A DNA stretch of 64,000 nt from an uncultured Collinsella sp. (GTDB taxonomy: Bacteria; Actinomycetota; Coriobacteriia; Coriobacteriales; Coriobacteriaceae), in assembly GCA_902494245.1 (NCBI GenBank), contig CABUSR010000005.1, positions 6,081-70,080 on the forward strand, in the 5' to 3' direction. Position numbers and translations under genes: made by a program. How positions within the stretch are numbered: the first letter of the stretch is position 1; every line of letters starts with the position of its first letter. Under the pieces are notes generated by a model. It searched no databases. It worked only from the letters and a program-made list of their open reading frames with translations, and was not told the origin of the DNA. Positions 1-7,971 of this stretch are shown piece by piece.

Positions 1-293
1 GGCCGCCCGCCCATGGCGTAGATGTCCGACAGCGAATTTGCCGCGGCAATCTGGCCAAACAGGAACGGGTCATCGACCATCGGTGGGAAGAAGTCGATGG
101 ACTGCACGAGACCCAGGTTCTCCCCTACGCGGAAGACGCTCGCATCGTCGGAGGTATCGAACCCCACGAGCAGGTTGTCGTTATGCACATTGGGTAAGTC
201 GCCCAGGACCTGGGCGAGGGCTCCAGGAGCCAACTTAGCGGCTCAACCACTCGCAGCCGTCATAGACGTAAGCCTCATCTGATCGCCTGTCAT
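1..293 (-). CDS. selD: Selenide, water dikinase (selenophosphate synthetase) SelD, N-terminal part. It runs off the window start and contains an in-frame TGA (Sec) at 243-245.
   Basis: Minus-strand translation from ATG 293 (GGAGG 5 nt upstream) reads [97 protein letters not shown]. This is colinear with the SelD N-terminus (E. coli ..[21 protein letters not shown]..). The TGA is codon 17 and Lys is codon 20, as in E. coli Cys17/Lys20. Confidence 0.9.
199..217 (-). promoter_or_regulatory. Candidate SECIS-type hairpin downstream of the selD UGA
   Basis: The RNA UCGCCCAGG-U-CCUGGGCGA forms a 9-bp palindromic stem with apex CAG-GUC-CUG. It starts 27 nt after the UGA. A smaller GGCUC-CUG-GAGCC hairpin starts 11 nt after the UGA. 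Confidence 0.4.
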
Positions 294-362
294 CGATACC
301 TCCCCTCAAACACAAACAATGCTTCCCAGTATACGCATGAACGCGCTTCCACGGCCGATACA

Positions 363-1127
363 TCACCCTAGTGCCTGTGCGCGAATCGCTGCGCCGATCG
401 CTCCGGCAAAGCGGGCCTGGGGCGAGGTGGTCACCGGCGACCCCAGTAGCTCGCCCAACCGCTCCACCACGAAGGCGTTCTCGCACAGGCCACCGGTCAG
501 GTAGTACGGGGCGCCCGCGGCCTGCCCGGCCATGGTCGCCACGCGCGAGACCACGCTGTCGATCACGCCACGCGCAATGTTCTCGCGCGGCTCGCCACGA
601 CCGATCAGGCTGATGACCTCGCTCTCGGCAAACACCGTGCACATGTTGCTGATCTTGGTGGGCTCGCCGGAACGCGCCAGGTCGGCCATCTGCTGCTGGG
701 AAATGCCCAGGCGGTCGGCCATGATCTCCAAAAAGCGCCCCGTGCCGGCGGCGCACTTGTCGTTCATAGCAAACTTGGCCACGCGGCCACTTTTAAGCTG
801 AATGACCTTGGTGTCCTGACCGCCCACGTCGATCACCGTGCCGTGATCGCCAAACAGGCGCACGGCACCGGTGCCGTGGCAGGTGATCTCGGTCACGACC
901 TTGTGCGCATAGGGCACGGCGAGACGGCCGTAGCCGGTCGCGATCACGCGCACGTCGTCGGCCGTCACGTCGTAGCCGGCCGCTGCCAGCGCCTCGCGCA
1001 GCCGCTCGGAAGCATCGACCGAGGAGAACCCGGTTGGCTGCACGCACGTCCACGCCACCGAACCCTCCCCATCGACCACAGCGGCCTTAGCCGCCGTAGA
1101 CCCGATATCGATCCCGATCCCTATCAT
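363..1127 (-). CDS. BcrAD/BadFG-family ATPase; HgdC-type activase (archerase) for 2-hydroxyacyl-CoA dehydratase/DCCP-like enzymes
   Basis: 254 aa. It has the MIGIGIDIGSTAAKAAV ASKHA phosphate-1 motif. NDKCAAGTGRFLE and MCTVFAESEVISL supply the two Cys that bridge the dimer [4Fe-4S]. Confidence 0.9.
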   Translation of the reverse strand: MIGIGIDIGSTAAKAAVVDGEGSVAWTCVQPTGFSSVDASERLREALAAAGYDVTADDVRVIATGYGRLAVPYAHKVVTEITCHGTGAVRLFGDHGTVIDVGGQDTKVIQLKSGRVAKFAMNDKCAAGTGRFLEIMADRLGISQQQMADLARSGEPTKISNMCTVFAESEVISLIGRGEPRENIARGVIDSVVSRVATMAGQAAGAPYYLTGGLCENAFVVERLGELLGSPVTTSPQARFAGAIGAAIRAQALG

Positions 1128-1183
1128 GGCTCTCTCCCAATCTAAACATCAAAGGTAGCGGCGCGTTCAGGCGCCTTAGCTCT

Positions 1184-1284
1184 AGGTTTCTCAGATGCCG
1201 GAGATTGCCCCGAAAGGTGAGCGCAGCGTACTTTGGGTACGCAAGCGACGGTTTGAGGGGCAAGATCCGGTGCCTGAGGAAGCT
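1184..1284 (-). repeat. Intercistronic extended-hairpin element, copy A
   Basis: About 80% identical to 2481-2578. It starts at the stop codon of the upstream cistron. The three-segment outer helix is CUCAG/CCGGA/UUGCCCC paired to GGGGCAA/UCCGG/CUGAG, with an apical GCGUAC-CCAAA-GUACGC hairpin. Confidence 0.75.
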
Positions 1285-2446
1285 AGAGGGTTTCGATGAA
1301 GGCGGCGATGCGCGTCTCAATCTGGCCCATGTCGCCGTTGCTGTAATCGGTCTCGATCTTCATGTACGGAATGCCCGCACCCTCGACAGCTTCCTGCATG
1401 CGTGCGCTCTCCACGTTAAAGGTATGGCACGCCTGGAGCACGTTCTCCACTACGCCATCGACGTGATACTTCTCGCACATGACCAGCGTGTTTTCCAGAC
1501 GACCGTCGTTGGGCGTCATGACCGAACAGTTGATATCCAGGTAGCGGTCTGCGATGGCGCGCAGGATGTCGGGAGCCTCCGGATCGATCATCATGGCCGC
1601 CGTGCGCTCGCCCGAGCAGTCATCCATGCACACGACCACACCGCCGTTGGACTCGATGGTACGACCGATCTTGTTGATCACACCGCCCACCGGGCAACCG
1701 GTGATCAGAATGCGCTTGGCATCCGCCGCAACCGGGCGCTCGCCCGCGTCGTAGGCCTCGCGCAGCTTGGCAACCTTTTGCTCCAGCTGCTGCGTATAGG
1801 CCTCGATATCAAAGCTGAACGTACCAGCAAACATAGTGCTCATCAGGTCGACGCCGCTCATGGCCGCCGGCTGGTTGGCCTGCAGGGCAAACATGTCGAG
1901 CTGGGCCGCACGCAAGCGGTTGCGACGACGGACGGCAGCGCGCAGGTCATCGTCGGTAATCGTGATGCCGTAGAAGTTCTCGAGCTCCTCCTTGAGCAGG
2001 CGGCACTCCTCGTACCAGCCTTCACGCTCGTAGGCGCGATCGCGACCCTGCGGAAGATGCAGAATGTGCGTGCGCTTGAGCTCGTTGAGTAGCTCGTACA
2101 TCTTCTTCTTGCCGTCGCAGGTGGTCTCGCCGATGATCATGTCGCTAAAGTACGTAAACGGGCACTTTTGCGAGTAGGCAAAGCCGTACGTCGACTTGAT
2201 GAGCGGACAAAGATTTGCCGGCAGCACCTTCTCGGCCTCGGGAATCACCTCATCGGACGTACCGCACAGCGCCACGCTCGCAGCCCCCGCGGCATCGATA
2301 ATCTCGAGCGGCGTATAGCTGCACAAAAAGCCGACCAGGCGATTGCCGGCCTGTTTGTAATCCTTGACGCGAATAAACGCCGCCTTGCGTTGCTCGTTGA
2401 ACTCCTCAAACGTGGACGGCAACGGCTGTTCAATATTTTCCGACAT
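1283..2446 (-). CDS. HgdB/BcrC/BadD-family (2-hydroxyacyl-CoA dehydratase D-component / double-cubane-cluster-protein-like) Fe-S subunit, paralog 2
   Basis: Start trimmed to ATG 2446 ([10 protein letters not shown]..., 387 aa) because the longer ORF overlaps the upstream gene. Conserved Cys pattern: [63 protein letters not shown]. Confidence 0.85.
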   Translation of the reverse strand: MSENIEQPLPSTFEEFNEQRKAAFIRVKDYKQAGNRLVGFLCSYTPLEIIDAAGAASVALCGTSDEVIPEAEKVLPANLCPLIKSTYGFAYSQKCPFTYFSDMIIGETTCDGKKKMYELLNELKRTHILHLPQGRDRAYEREGWYEECRLLKEELENFYGITITDDDLRAAVRRRNRLRAAQLDMFALQANQPAAMSGVDLMSTMFAGTFSFDIEAYTQQLEQKVAKLREAYDAGERPVAADAKRILITGCPVGGVINKIGRTIESNGGVVVCMDDCSGERTAAMMIDPEAPDILRAIADRYLDINCSVMTPNDGRLENTLVMCEKYHVDGVVENVLQACHTFNVESARMQEAVEGAGIPYMKIETDYSNGDMGQIETRIAAFIETL

Positions 2447-2480
2447 ATAACTCCTAAACCTTTTAACCAACCAAGGAAAC

Positions 2481-2578
2481 GGCTTTCCCAGGTGCCCGAG
2501 GTTGCCGTAAAAGGATCGCCGCGTACTTTGGTACGCAAGCGACGGTTTGAACGGCAAGATCGGGTGCCTGGGGAAGCC
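2481..2578 (-). repeat. Intercistronic extended-hairpin element, copy B
   Basis: Homologous to 1184-1284. The outer helix is CCCAGG/CCCGA/UUGCCG paired to CGGCAA/UCGGG/CCUGGG, with the same apical GCGUAC-CAAA-GUACGC hairpin. Confidence 0.75.
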
Positions 2579-2594
2579 GCCGGGACGAATAGTC

Positions 2595-3878
2595 CTAAAT
2601 GGTTTCCAAGAAAGCCTCGATCCTGGTTTGCAGTTGGCCAGCATCCTCGCCGGCGTAGTCGGTCGTGATGTGCATAAACGGAATGCCGGCTTCCTCGGCG
2701 GCCTTCTCCACGGCAAAGGACTCCATCTCGTAAAGCGTGCAGAACTGCAGCGCCACGTCGACGATGCCGTCGGCATGCAGGTCCTTGGCCATCTGAACGA
2801 TGTCCTTCATACGCTGGTCGTTGGGCGTAAAGACAGCGCAGTTGATCTTAAAGTAGCGCTCGGCAATGGCATCGAGCATCTCGTCGACCGTCTCGCCGGA
2901 CTCGTCGACCAGGTCCTTGTAGTAGCGCGAGCCCGTGCAGGACTCCTCGCCCACCACAACGCCGCCGGCCTTCTCGATGAGGTTGAACAGTTTCCAGTTG
3001 GGCACGGCCATGGGCGTGCCGGTGTACAGGATGCGCTTGGTGCCCTTGGGCGCCACGCCCTCGCCAGCCTCAACGCGCTGCTCGCACTCAGCCGCCATAT
3101 CGTTAATGGCTCCGGTCAGACGCGGCGTGTCATCCATAAAGGCGGCCTGAACGGTCAGCAGACTGTCGAGACCGCTGATGGGCGCCGGATCGGCAGCGCG
3201 GGTCGCAGCCAGACGCTGCAGGGCGCGACGCTTCTCGTTGACGGCGTGGATGGCGGCCTTCAGACGCTCGGGCGTAATCTTGACGCCACACTCTTCCTCG
3301 ATCTTGGCGGCGAGCTTCTTGACCTCGGCCTTCCAGGTCACGAGCGTCGACTCGTCGTGTACGTTGGGAATATCCATGACGTACATGTTCTTTTGCGTGG
3401 CAAAGAACTCGTAGGCTTTCTTCTTGCCATCGCAGGTGTTCTCGCCTACCACCAGGTCACTCGACTCAATGTAGGGGCAGACCTCGCCCAGCTTAAAGCC
3501 GGCAAAGCTCTTGATGAGCGGACAGGTGTTGCGCGGCAGATGCTCCTCGACCTTGTCGGTCGCCCAGTCGGCACCCGAGCACAGGCCCACAGGAATGCCG
3601 TCACAGGCAAGTACGATCTCCTCGGGCACGTACACGCAGAACGAGCCGACGATCTTGGTTGCCTCGCCGGCCTCCTTCTTGTCGAGCATCTCCTTAATAC
3701 GGCCGCTGTGGATGTTGGTGGCCACAAAGTCCAGGTAAGACGTGGACTTGGGGCGGTTGTTCTGCGTCAGGAACATATCGCCGTACATCTGGCCCACGGC
3801 GCCCAGCAGCATGTCGTGGTCGGCAAGATTCATGCCGAGGCTCTCCCACATCGGATGGAAATCAAATTCTTCAGCCAT
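2595..3878 (-). CDS. HgdB/BcrC/BadD-family (dehydratase D-component / DCCP-like) Fe-S subunit, paralog 1
   Basis: 427 aa, starting [15 protein letters not shown]... It shows the same Cys pattern as paralog 2 ([65 protein letters not shown]). The two paralogs look clearly related by eye over the central region. Confidence 0.9.
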   Translation of the reverse strand: MAEEFDFHPMWESLGMNLADHDMLLGAVGQMYGDMFLTQNNRPKSTSYLDFVATNIHSGRIKEMLDKKEAGEATKIVGSFCVYVPEEIVLACDGIPVGLCSGADWATDKVEEHLPRNTCPLIKSFAGFKLGEVCPYIESSDLVVGENTCDGKKKAYEFFATQKNMYVMDIPNVHDESTLVTWKAEVKKLAAKIEEECGVKITPERLKAAIHAVNEKRRALQRLAATRAADPAPISGLDSLLTVQAAFMDDTPRLTGAINDMAAECEQRVEAGEGVAPKGTKRILYTGTPMAVPNWKLFNLIEKAGGVVVGEESCTGSRYYKDLVDESGETVDEMLDAIAERYFKINCAVFTPNDQRMKDIVQMAKDLHADGIVDVALQFCTLYEMESFAVEKAAEEAGIPFMHITTDYAGEDAGQLQTRIEAFLETI

Positions 3879-4213
3879 GACGGTTCCCCTCTCGAACCAA
3901 AAATGAATAGCTACGGTATTCCTGCACGGTGGGTGGCGAAAACCCAGCCGCGCTCAAACCCGGAATTTTGGGGAACCCGCTTTGCAGCTGATTATTTAGT
4001 TGTGCGTCGTCTCTCCCGGAGCCGTGAACATACCTGCTCATATGCGGCTCCGAGCCATATACAGGGCGCGCGCGGCAACGCGACGCGAATATGTCATCTG
4101 CAGCACCGGCGCACCCTCCTTTTCTCGTCGAAGGTAACTATATCAACGGTTGTCGTCCAGACGAACACCGCCGACATGCGTACGACAGCGTCGTGTGCCG
4201 TCATTTAATAAAT

Positions 4214-4242
4214 AATTATCTGTGTTGATAAGAGTTTGTCAT
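4214..4242 (-). promoter_or_regulatory. Candidate sigma-70-type promoter of the dehydratase-like operon
   Basis: The minus strand reads ATGACA-17 nt-ATAATT in the only AT-rich patch of the 430-bp spacer. This would give a leader of about 325 nt. Confidence 0.3.
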
Positions 4243-4307
4243 CCATCATTCGGCGAACGGCAAGACAAAGCCGCCGAGGCTTATATCCCCGACGGCATTA
4301 CCCGGCG

Positions 4308-5378
4308 CTATCGACAAACCAAATGGATCTTACTCGCATCGAAGTGCATGCGTAGCGTCTCGCCTGCTTGCGGCAGCTCGTCGACAGGCACGCCCACCTT
4401 GTTGACCTTCCACTGCAGACGCGTGGGCGCATCGACGCGCGGCACGTCCAGCAGCACCAGCCGCTCAAAGCGCGAATCGCTCACACGGGCCACGTGCAAA
4501 TCGTAGCTGTTACGGCCCCGCTCCGCGCGATTGTCAACATGGAAGTAGCTCGCACGAATACCGAGGTACGCCACGTCATCTCGAACCTCACGGCCCACAT
4601 TAAAGGTCATGCCCCAGTCGAGGGCCTCAACTTCTTCGTCGCCGATCTTGCGCGCGCGGCTCGTATTCTTGCAGCCCGTCAGGCGCAGTGCCGCCAGCGT
4701 CTGCGGACGACGGACCACGTCCTCGATGGAGCCGATCTCCTCCACATGCCCGTCGTGCATCACGCAGATGCGCTGACACAGGCGGCACGCTTCGTCGATG
4801 TCGTGGCTCACGTAGAGCACGGTACGGTTGCAGACGTCGAACAGGTCGAGCATGTTTTGCTCAAGCGCGCTCTTGAGATACGCATCGAGTGCGCTCATGG
4901 GCTCGTCGAACATAAAAATGCCCGGATGCGCCGCCACCATACGGGCAAGCGCCACGCGTTGCTGCTGCCCGCCCGAGAGTCGCGCGGGGTAGCGATCGAC
5001 AAAATCGGCCAGACCGAAAATGCCCAGATAGCGCTCGGCGAGCTTTTTGCGCGCGGCGGCGTCGCCAGCATCCTTTACACCGGCGCATACGTTATCGGCC
5101 ACCGTCATGTTGGGAAACAGCTGATAGTTTTGGAACAACAGGGCGCATTTTCGCTCCTGGGGTGACAGGTTGATGCCAGCCGCCGAGTCAAAAAAGGTCA
5201 CGCCGTTGACGACGATCTTGCCCTCGTCGGGCGTCTCCACGCCGGCAATGCAGCGCAACGTGCAGCTCTTGCCACATCCGGAGGCACCGAGCAAGGCCAC
5301 GCGCTCCTCGCCGGCCTCAAGCTGCATGTCGAGCACAAACCCGGGATAACGTTTCTTAATATCCAGAACGAGCGACAT
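4308..5378 (-). CDS. modC: Molybdate (or tungstate) ABC transporter ATP-binding protein with a C-terminal TOBE-like domain
   Basis: 356 aa. It has Walker A GASGCGKS, the signature [13 protein letters not shown] and Walker B FMFDEP. It lies directly downstream of modA and modB. Confidence 0.8.
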   Translation of the reverse strand: MSLVLDIKKRYPGFVLDMQLEAGEERVALLGASGCGKSCTLRCIAGVETPDEGKIVVNGVTFFDSAAGINLSPQERKCALLFQNYQLFPNMTVADNVCAGVKDAGDAAARKKLAERYLGIFGLADFVDRYPARLSGGQQQRVALARMVAAHPGIFMFDEPMSALDAYLKSALEQNMLDLFDVCNRTVLYVSHDIDEACRLCQRICVMHDGHVEEIGSIEDVVRRPQTLAALRLTGCKNTSRARKIGDEEVEALDWGMTFNVGREVRDDVAYLGIRASYFHVDNRAERGRNSYDLHVARVSDSRFERLVLLDVPRVDAPTRLQWKVNKVGVPVDELPQAGETLRMHFDASKIHLVCR

Positions 5379-5381
5379 GGC

Positions 5382-6806
5382 CTATCGACCTCCCTGTAAT
5401 GCGGCGTCATCGCACATGAGCTCGGCCAGTGCCTCGCGATCGATACGCAAGGCATCACCGCCCGCCGGGTCGAGTGAATCGCCCTGTCCGGCGAGATCTT
5501 TGGCCTGCTTGCGTTCCGCACGGGAAAGACCACGCTCGCGGTACTTTTGCGAATGTGCCGTATACATGTTGATGAACAGGATGACCAAAAAGCTAAAGAC
5601 AATCACGACGACGACCCAGAAGAGCGCGACCGACGTATTGCCGCCCATCCACTCAAAGTAGATGGCGATGGGGATGGTCTGCGTAATGCCGGCGTAGTTG
5701 CCCGCAAAGAACAGCGTGCAGCCAAACTCGCCCATGGCGCGGGCAAAGGCGAGCACCGTGCCGGCGGCAATCGAGGGCCAGCCAAGCGGCATCATAATCT
5801 TGGTAAAGATGCGACGCTCGGACCATCCCAGGGTTCGTGCCGCATCGAGCATCTGCGTGTCGAGGCTCTCGAAGGCTCCGAGTGCCGTACGATAGACGAG
5901 CGGGAACGACACCACCACGGCAGATATCACCGCTGCGGGCCACGTAAAGACGATGGAGACGCCGTGCGCGATGAGCCACTGGCCCACCCCGGTCGAGCGG
6001 CCAAACAGCATAAGGAGCAGAAAACCGCAGACCGTGGGCGGCAACACCATAGGGATGGTAAAGACCGAGTCGAGCAGGCCCTTGATGCGACTCGAGGTAC
6101 CCATGGTCTTCCACGCGGCAAACAGGCCCAGCGCAAACGCAATCACCAGGGCAAGTCCGCTCGTTTTGATGGACACCCAAAACGGTCGGTAGTCGATGCC
6201 GCCCAATAAGGAGGCCAGAGAGGTCAAGGCCCCCCGCTCATCCCGCAACACGACAGACGACGCTTCTACCATTTGAGCGCTATCAAGCCAACGCGCGCCG
6301 CCCTTGGCATCACCCGAGGCTGATGCAATCACCACATAACGGTCCCCATCCGCACCGCGCTCGTCAAAGCCATAGGTATACCCGCCGGCATCAAACGTTG
6401 TTTCCGCCGTGACATACCAAGGAAGATCCACGTCCCCTAGCTGCGCACCTCCCATGCAGTTTGCGCTGTCGAGCTTACAGACGAGGGCTTTGAGACCCGA
6501 TACGCACTCGTTGTCCTGCGGATCCAATCCATACTTCTCGACCGCCTTGGGCGATATCCACACCACAACACGATCGGCAGCAGGCGCCACTACAAGGTCC
6601 ACGTCCTCGTCAACGGGAAACCGGTAGCCCTCAGGCTGGCCCTCCATGGCACGAGCGGTCCCCTTGGCCAACCGCTCAAAACCCTCGATCCCATAGGAAA
6701 GCCCATGAGCGGTCGCAGCAGCCTGGGCCCCGTCCTCAGCGTCCTCAGCAAACGCAAATCCCGGCACCCAGCAAAGCGCGAAGGTCAAAGCACAGGCGAC
6801 AAGCAT
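5382..6806 (-). CDS. modB: ModB-type ABC permease fused to an N-terminal signal peptide plus an extracytoplasmic domain of about 200 aa; it also has a C-terminal tail of about 60 aa
   Basis: The C-terminal half matches ModB/CysTW permeases (ARTLGWSERRIFTKIMMPLGWPSIAAGTVLAFARAMGEFG). The N-terminus MLVACALTFALCWVPGFAFA looks like a signal peptide. An alternative GTG start at 6893 overlaps the modA stop. Confidence 0.8.
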   Translation of the reverse strand: MLVACALTFALCWVPGFAFAEDAEDGAQAAATAHGLSYGIEGFERLAKGTARAMEGQPEGYRFPVDEDVDLVVAPAADRVVVWISPKAVEKYGLDPQDNECVSGLKALVCKLDSANCMGGAQLGDVDLPWYVTAETTFDAGGYTYGFDERGADGDRYVVIASASGDAKGGARWLDSAQMVEASSVVLRDERGALTSLASLLGGIDYRPFWVSIKTSGLALVIAFALGLFAAWKTMGTSSRIKGLLDSVFTIPMVLPPTVCGFLLLMLFGRSTGVGQWLIAHGVSIVFTWPAAVISAVVVSFPLVYRTALGAFESLDTQMLDAARTLGWSERRIFTKIMMPLGWPSIAAGTVLAFARAMGEFGCTLFFAGNYAGITQTIPIAIYFEWMGGNTSVALFWVVVVIVFSFLVILFINMYTAHSQKYRERGLSRAERKQAKDLAGQGDSLDPAGGDALRIDREALAELMCDDAALQGGR

Positions 6807-6892
6807 GCGGAATCTATTAAGCACGAAAAGCTCCAAGCGAATACAAGGACGGAGTGAAACACAAAACGATGGAATTATCGCGCCAAGCCGCA

Positions 6893-7774
6893 CTACGCGG
6901 AAAGCTCAAAGCCGTACTTAGCCCAAATCTTCTGAGCCTTCTTGTTGGACAGGCAAAAGTCGATGAAAGCCTTGGCTTCGTCGGCATGCTCGGAGCTCTC
7001 GGCAACGGCACCCGGGTACACGATGGGCTTGTGCGAATCCTCGGGGCACACGAAGGCCTCCTCGATGCCGTCGTAGCGGAAGATATCGGAGCTGTAGACA
7101 AAGCCTGCCACGCAGTCGCCCGTGGACACATAGGCGGCGGCGGTACCAACTTTGTCGGCCAGGGCCACCTTGTCGGCGATCTCGGGCGCATACTCGCCGT
7201 CGTCGCCCTCGGTGCCGGTATAGAGGCCCACGGAAGCCAGCGCCTGGTTGGCGTACTTGCCGGCGGGGACGGTCTTGGCGTCGCCAATAGCGATCTTGCC
7301 GTCCAGGTTCGCGACGTCGGCGATGGACTCGACCTTGGTGTCGGAGCCCTCGGCGCGAATGATCACGAGGTCGTTAACGAACATATCCTCACGGGTGTCG
7401 GTGTCGACGAGCTCGGCGGTCTCAGCGTCATCCATGGTGCCCTTGGAGGCCGTGATGAGCACGTCGACGGCGGCACCGGCGCGCATCTGCTCAACGAGGT
7501 CGCCGGAGGCCTTAAACTGCGTGTCGGCAAAGGTGGTGCCGGTCTGGTCGGTGTAGAGCTCCTGGACCTCGGGAAGGGCCTTCTCGAGGGAGTTAGCAGC
7601 AAAGACCTGCAGCTCGACGGTTTCCTTCTTGGAAGAGGCCTTGGCGGAGCCGGCATCGAATCCGGCCGGCTCGGACGTCTTGCTGCCCGAGCAGCCAGCA
7701 AGACCAAGGCCGGCAGCGGCGACAGCAGAAAGCGAGACAAAACCGCGGCGAGAAACCAAATCGAACATATTCAA
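6893..7774 (-). CDS. modA: Molybdate ABC transporter substrate-binding lipoprotein
   Basis: 293 aa. It carries a signal/lipobox (SRRGFVSLSAVAAAGLGLAGCSG). ModA-like blocks are present: VFAANSL, DVLITAS, VPAGKYANQAL. Confidence 0.85.
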   Translation of the reverse strand: MNMFDLVSRRGFVSLSAVAAAGLGLAGCSGSKTSEPAGFDAGSAKASSKKETVELQVFAANSLEKALPEVQELYTDQTGTTFADTQFKASGDLVEQMRAGAAVDVLITASKGTMDDAETAELVDTDTREDMFVNDLVIIRAEGSDTKVESIADVANLDGKIAIGDAKTVPAGKYANQALASVGLYTGTEGDDGEYAPEIADKVALADKVGTAAAYVSTGDCVAGFVYSSDIFRYDGIEEAFVCPEDSHKPIVYPGAVAESSEHADEAKAFIDFCLSNKKAQKIWAKYGFELSA

Positions 7775-7828
7775 CCCTTTCGGACCTTATGCCCGGGCAC
7801 CCCACCGCGGGCTTTAATCTGCAATCAG

Positions 7829-7834
7829 ATTATA
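7829..7834 (-). promoter_or_regulatory. Candidate -10 box (TATAAT) of the modABC promoter
   Basis: A perfect TATAAT on the minus strand lies about 60 nt upstream of the modA ATG. Nested inverted repeats lie immediately upstream at 7844-7885. Confidence 0.35.
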
Positions 7835-7921
7835 CTTCTGCGCGAATAATGATAGTGAGAAATTATTCTCACCAGAGAATATAGTTTCGAGTTAGCGTGC
7901 ACCTCGGCGTCGCTTCGGCGG

Positions 7922-7957
7922 AAAACAAAGGCGGAGCAGCCCGTAAGGTCGCTCCGC
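7922..7957 (-). terminator. Intrinsic terminator after moaB
   Basis: The minus strand reads GCGGAGC-13 nt-GCUCCGC followed by CUUUGUUUUCC. Confidence 0.6.
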
Positions 7958-7971
7958 CGCAGGTAGTGCGC

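Noticed and set aside
2547-4208. 553-aa plus-strand ORF; also 1205..2092 (+).
   Set aside because: They are antisense to the two dehydratase-like genes, which have strong family motifs, and they show no start or SD context.
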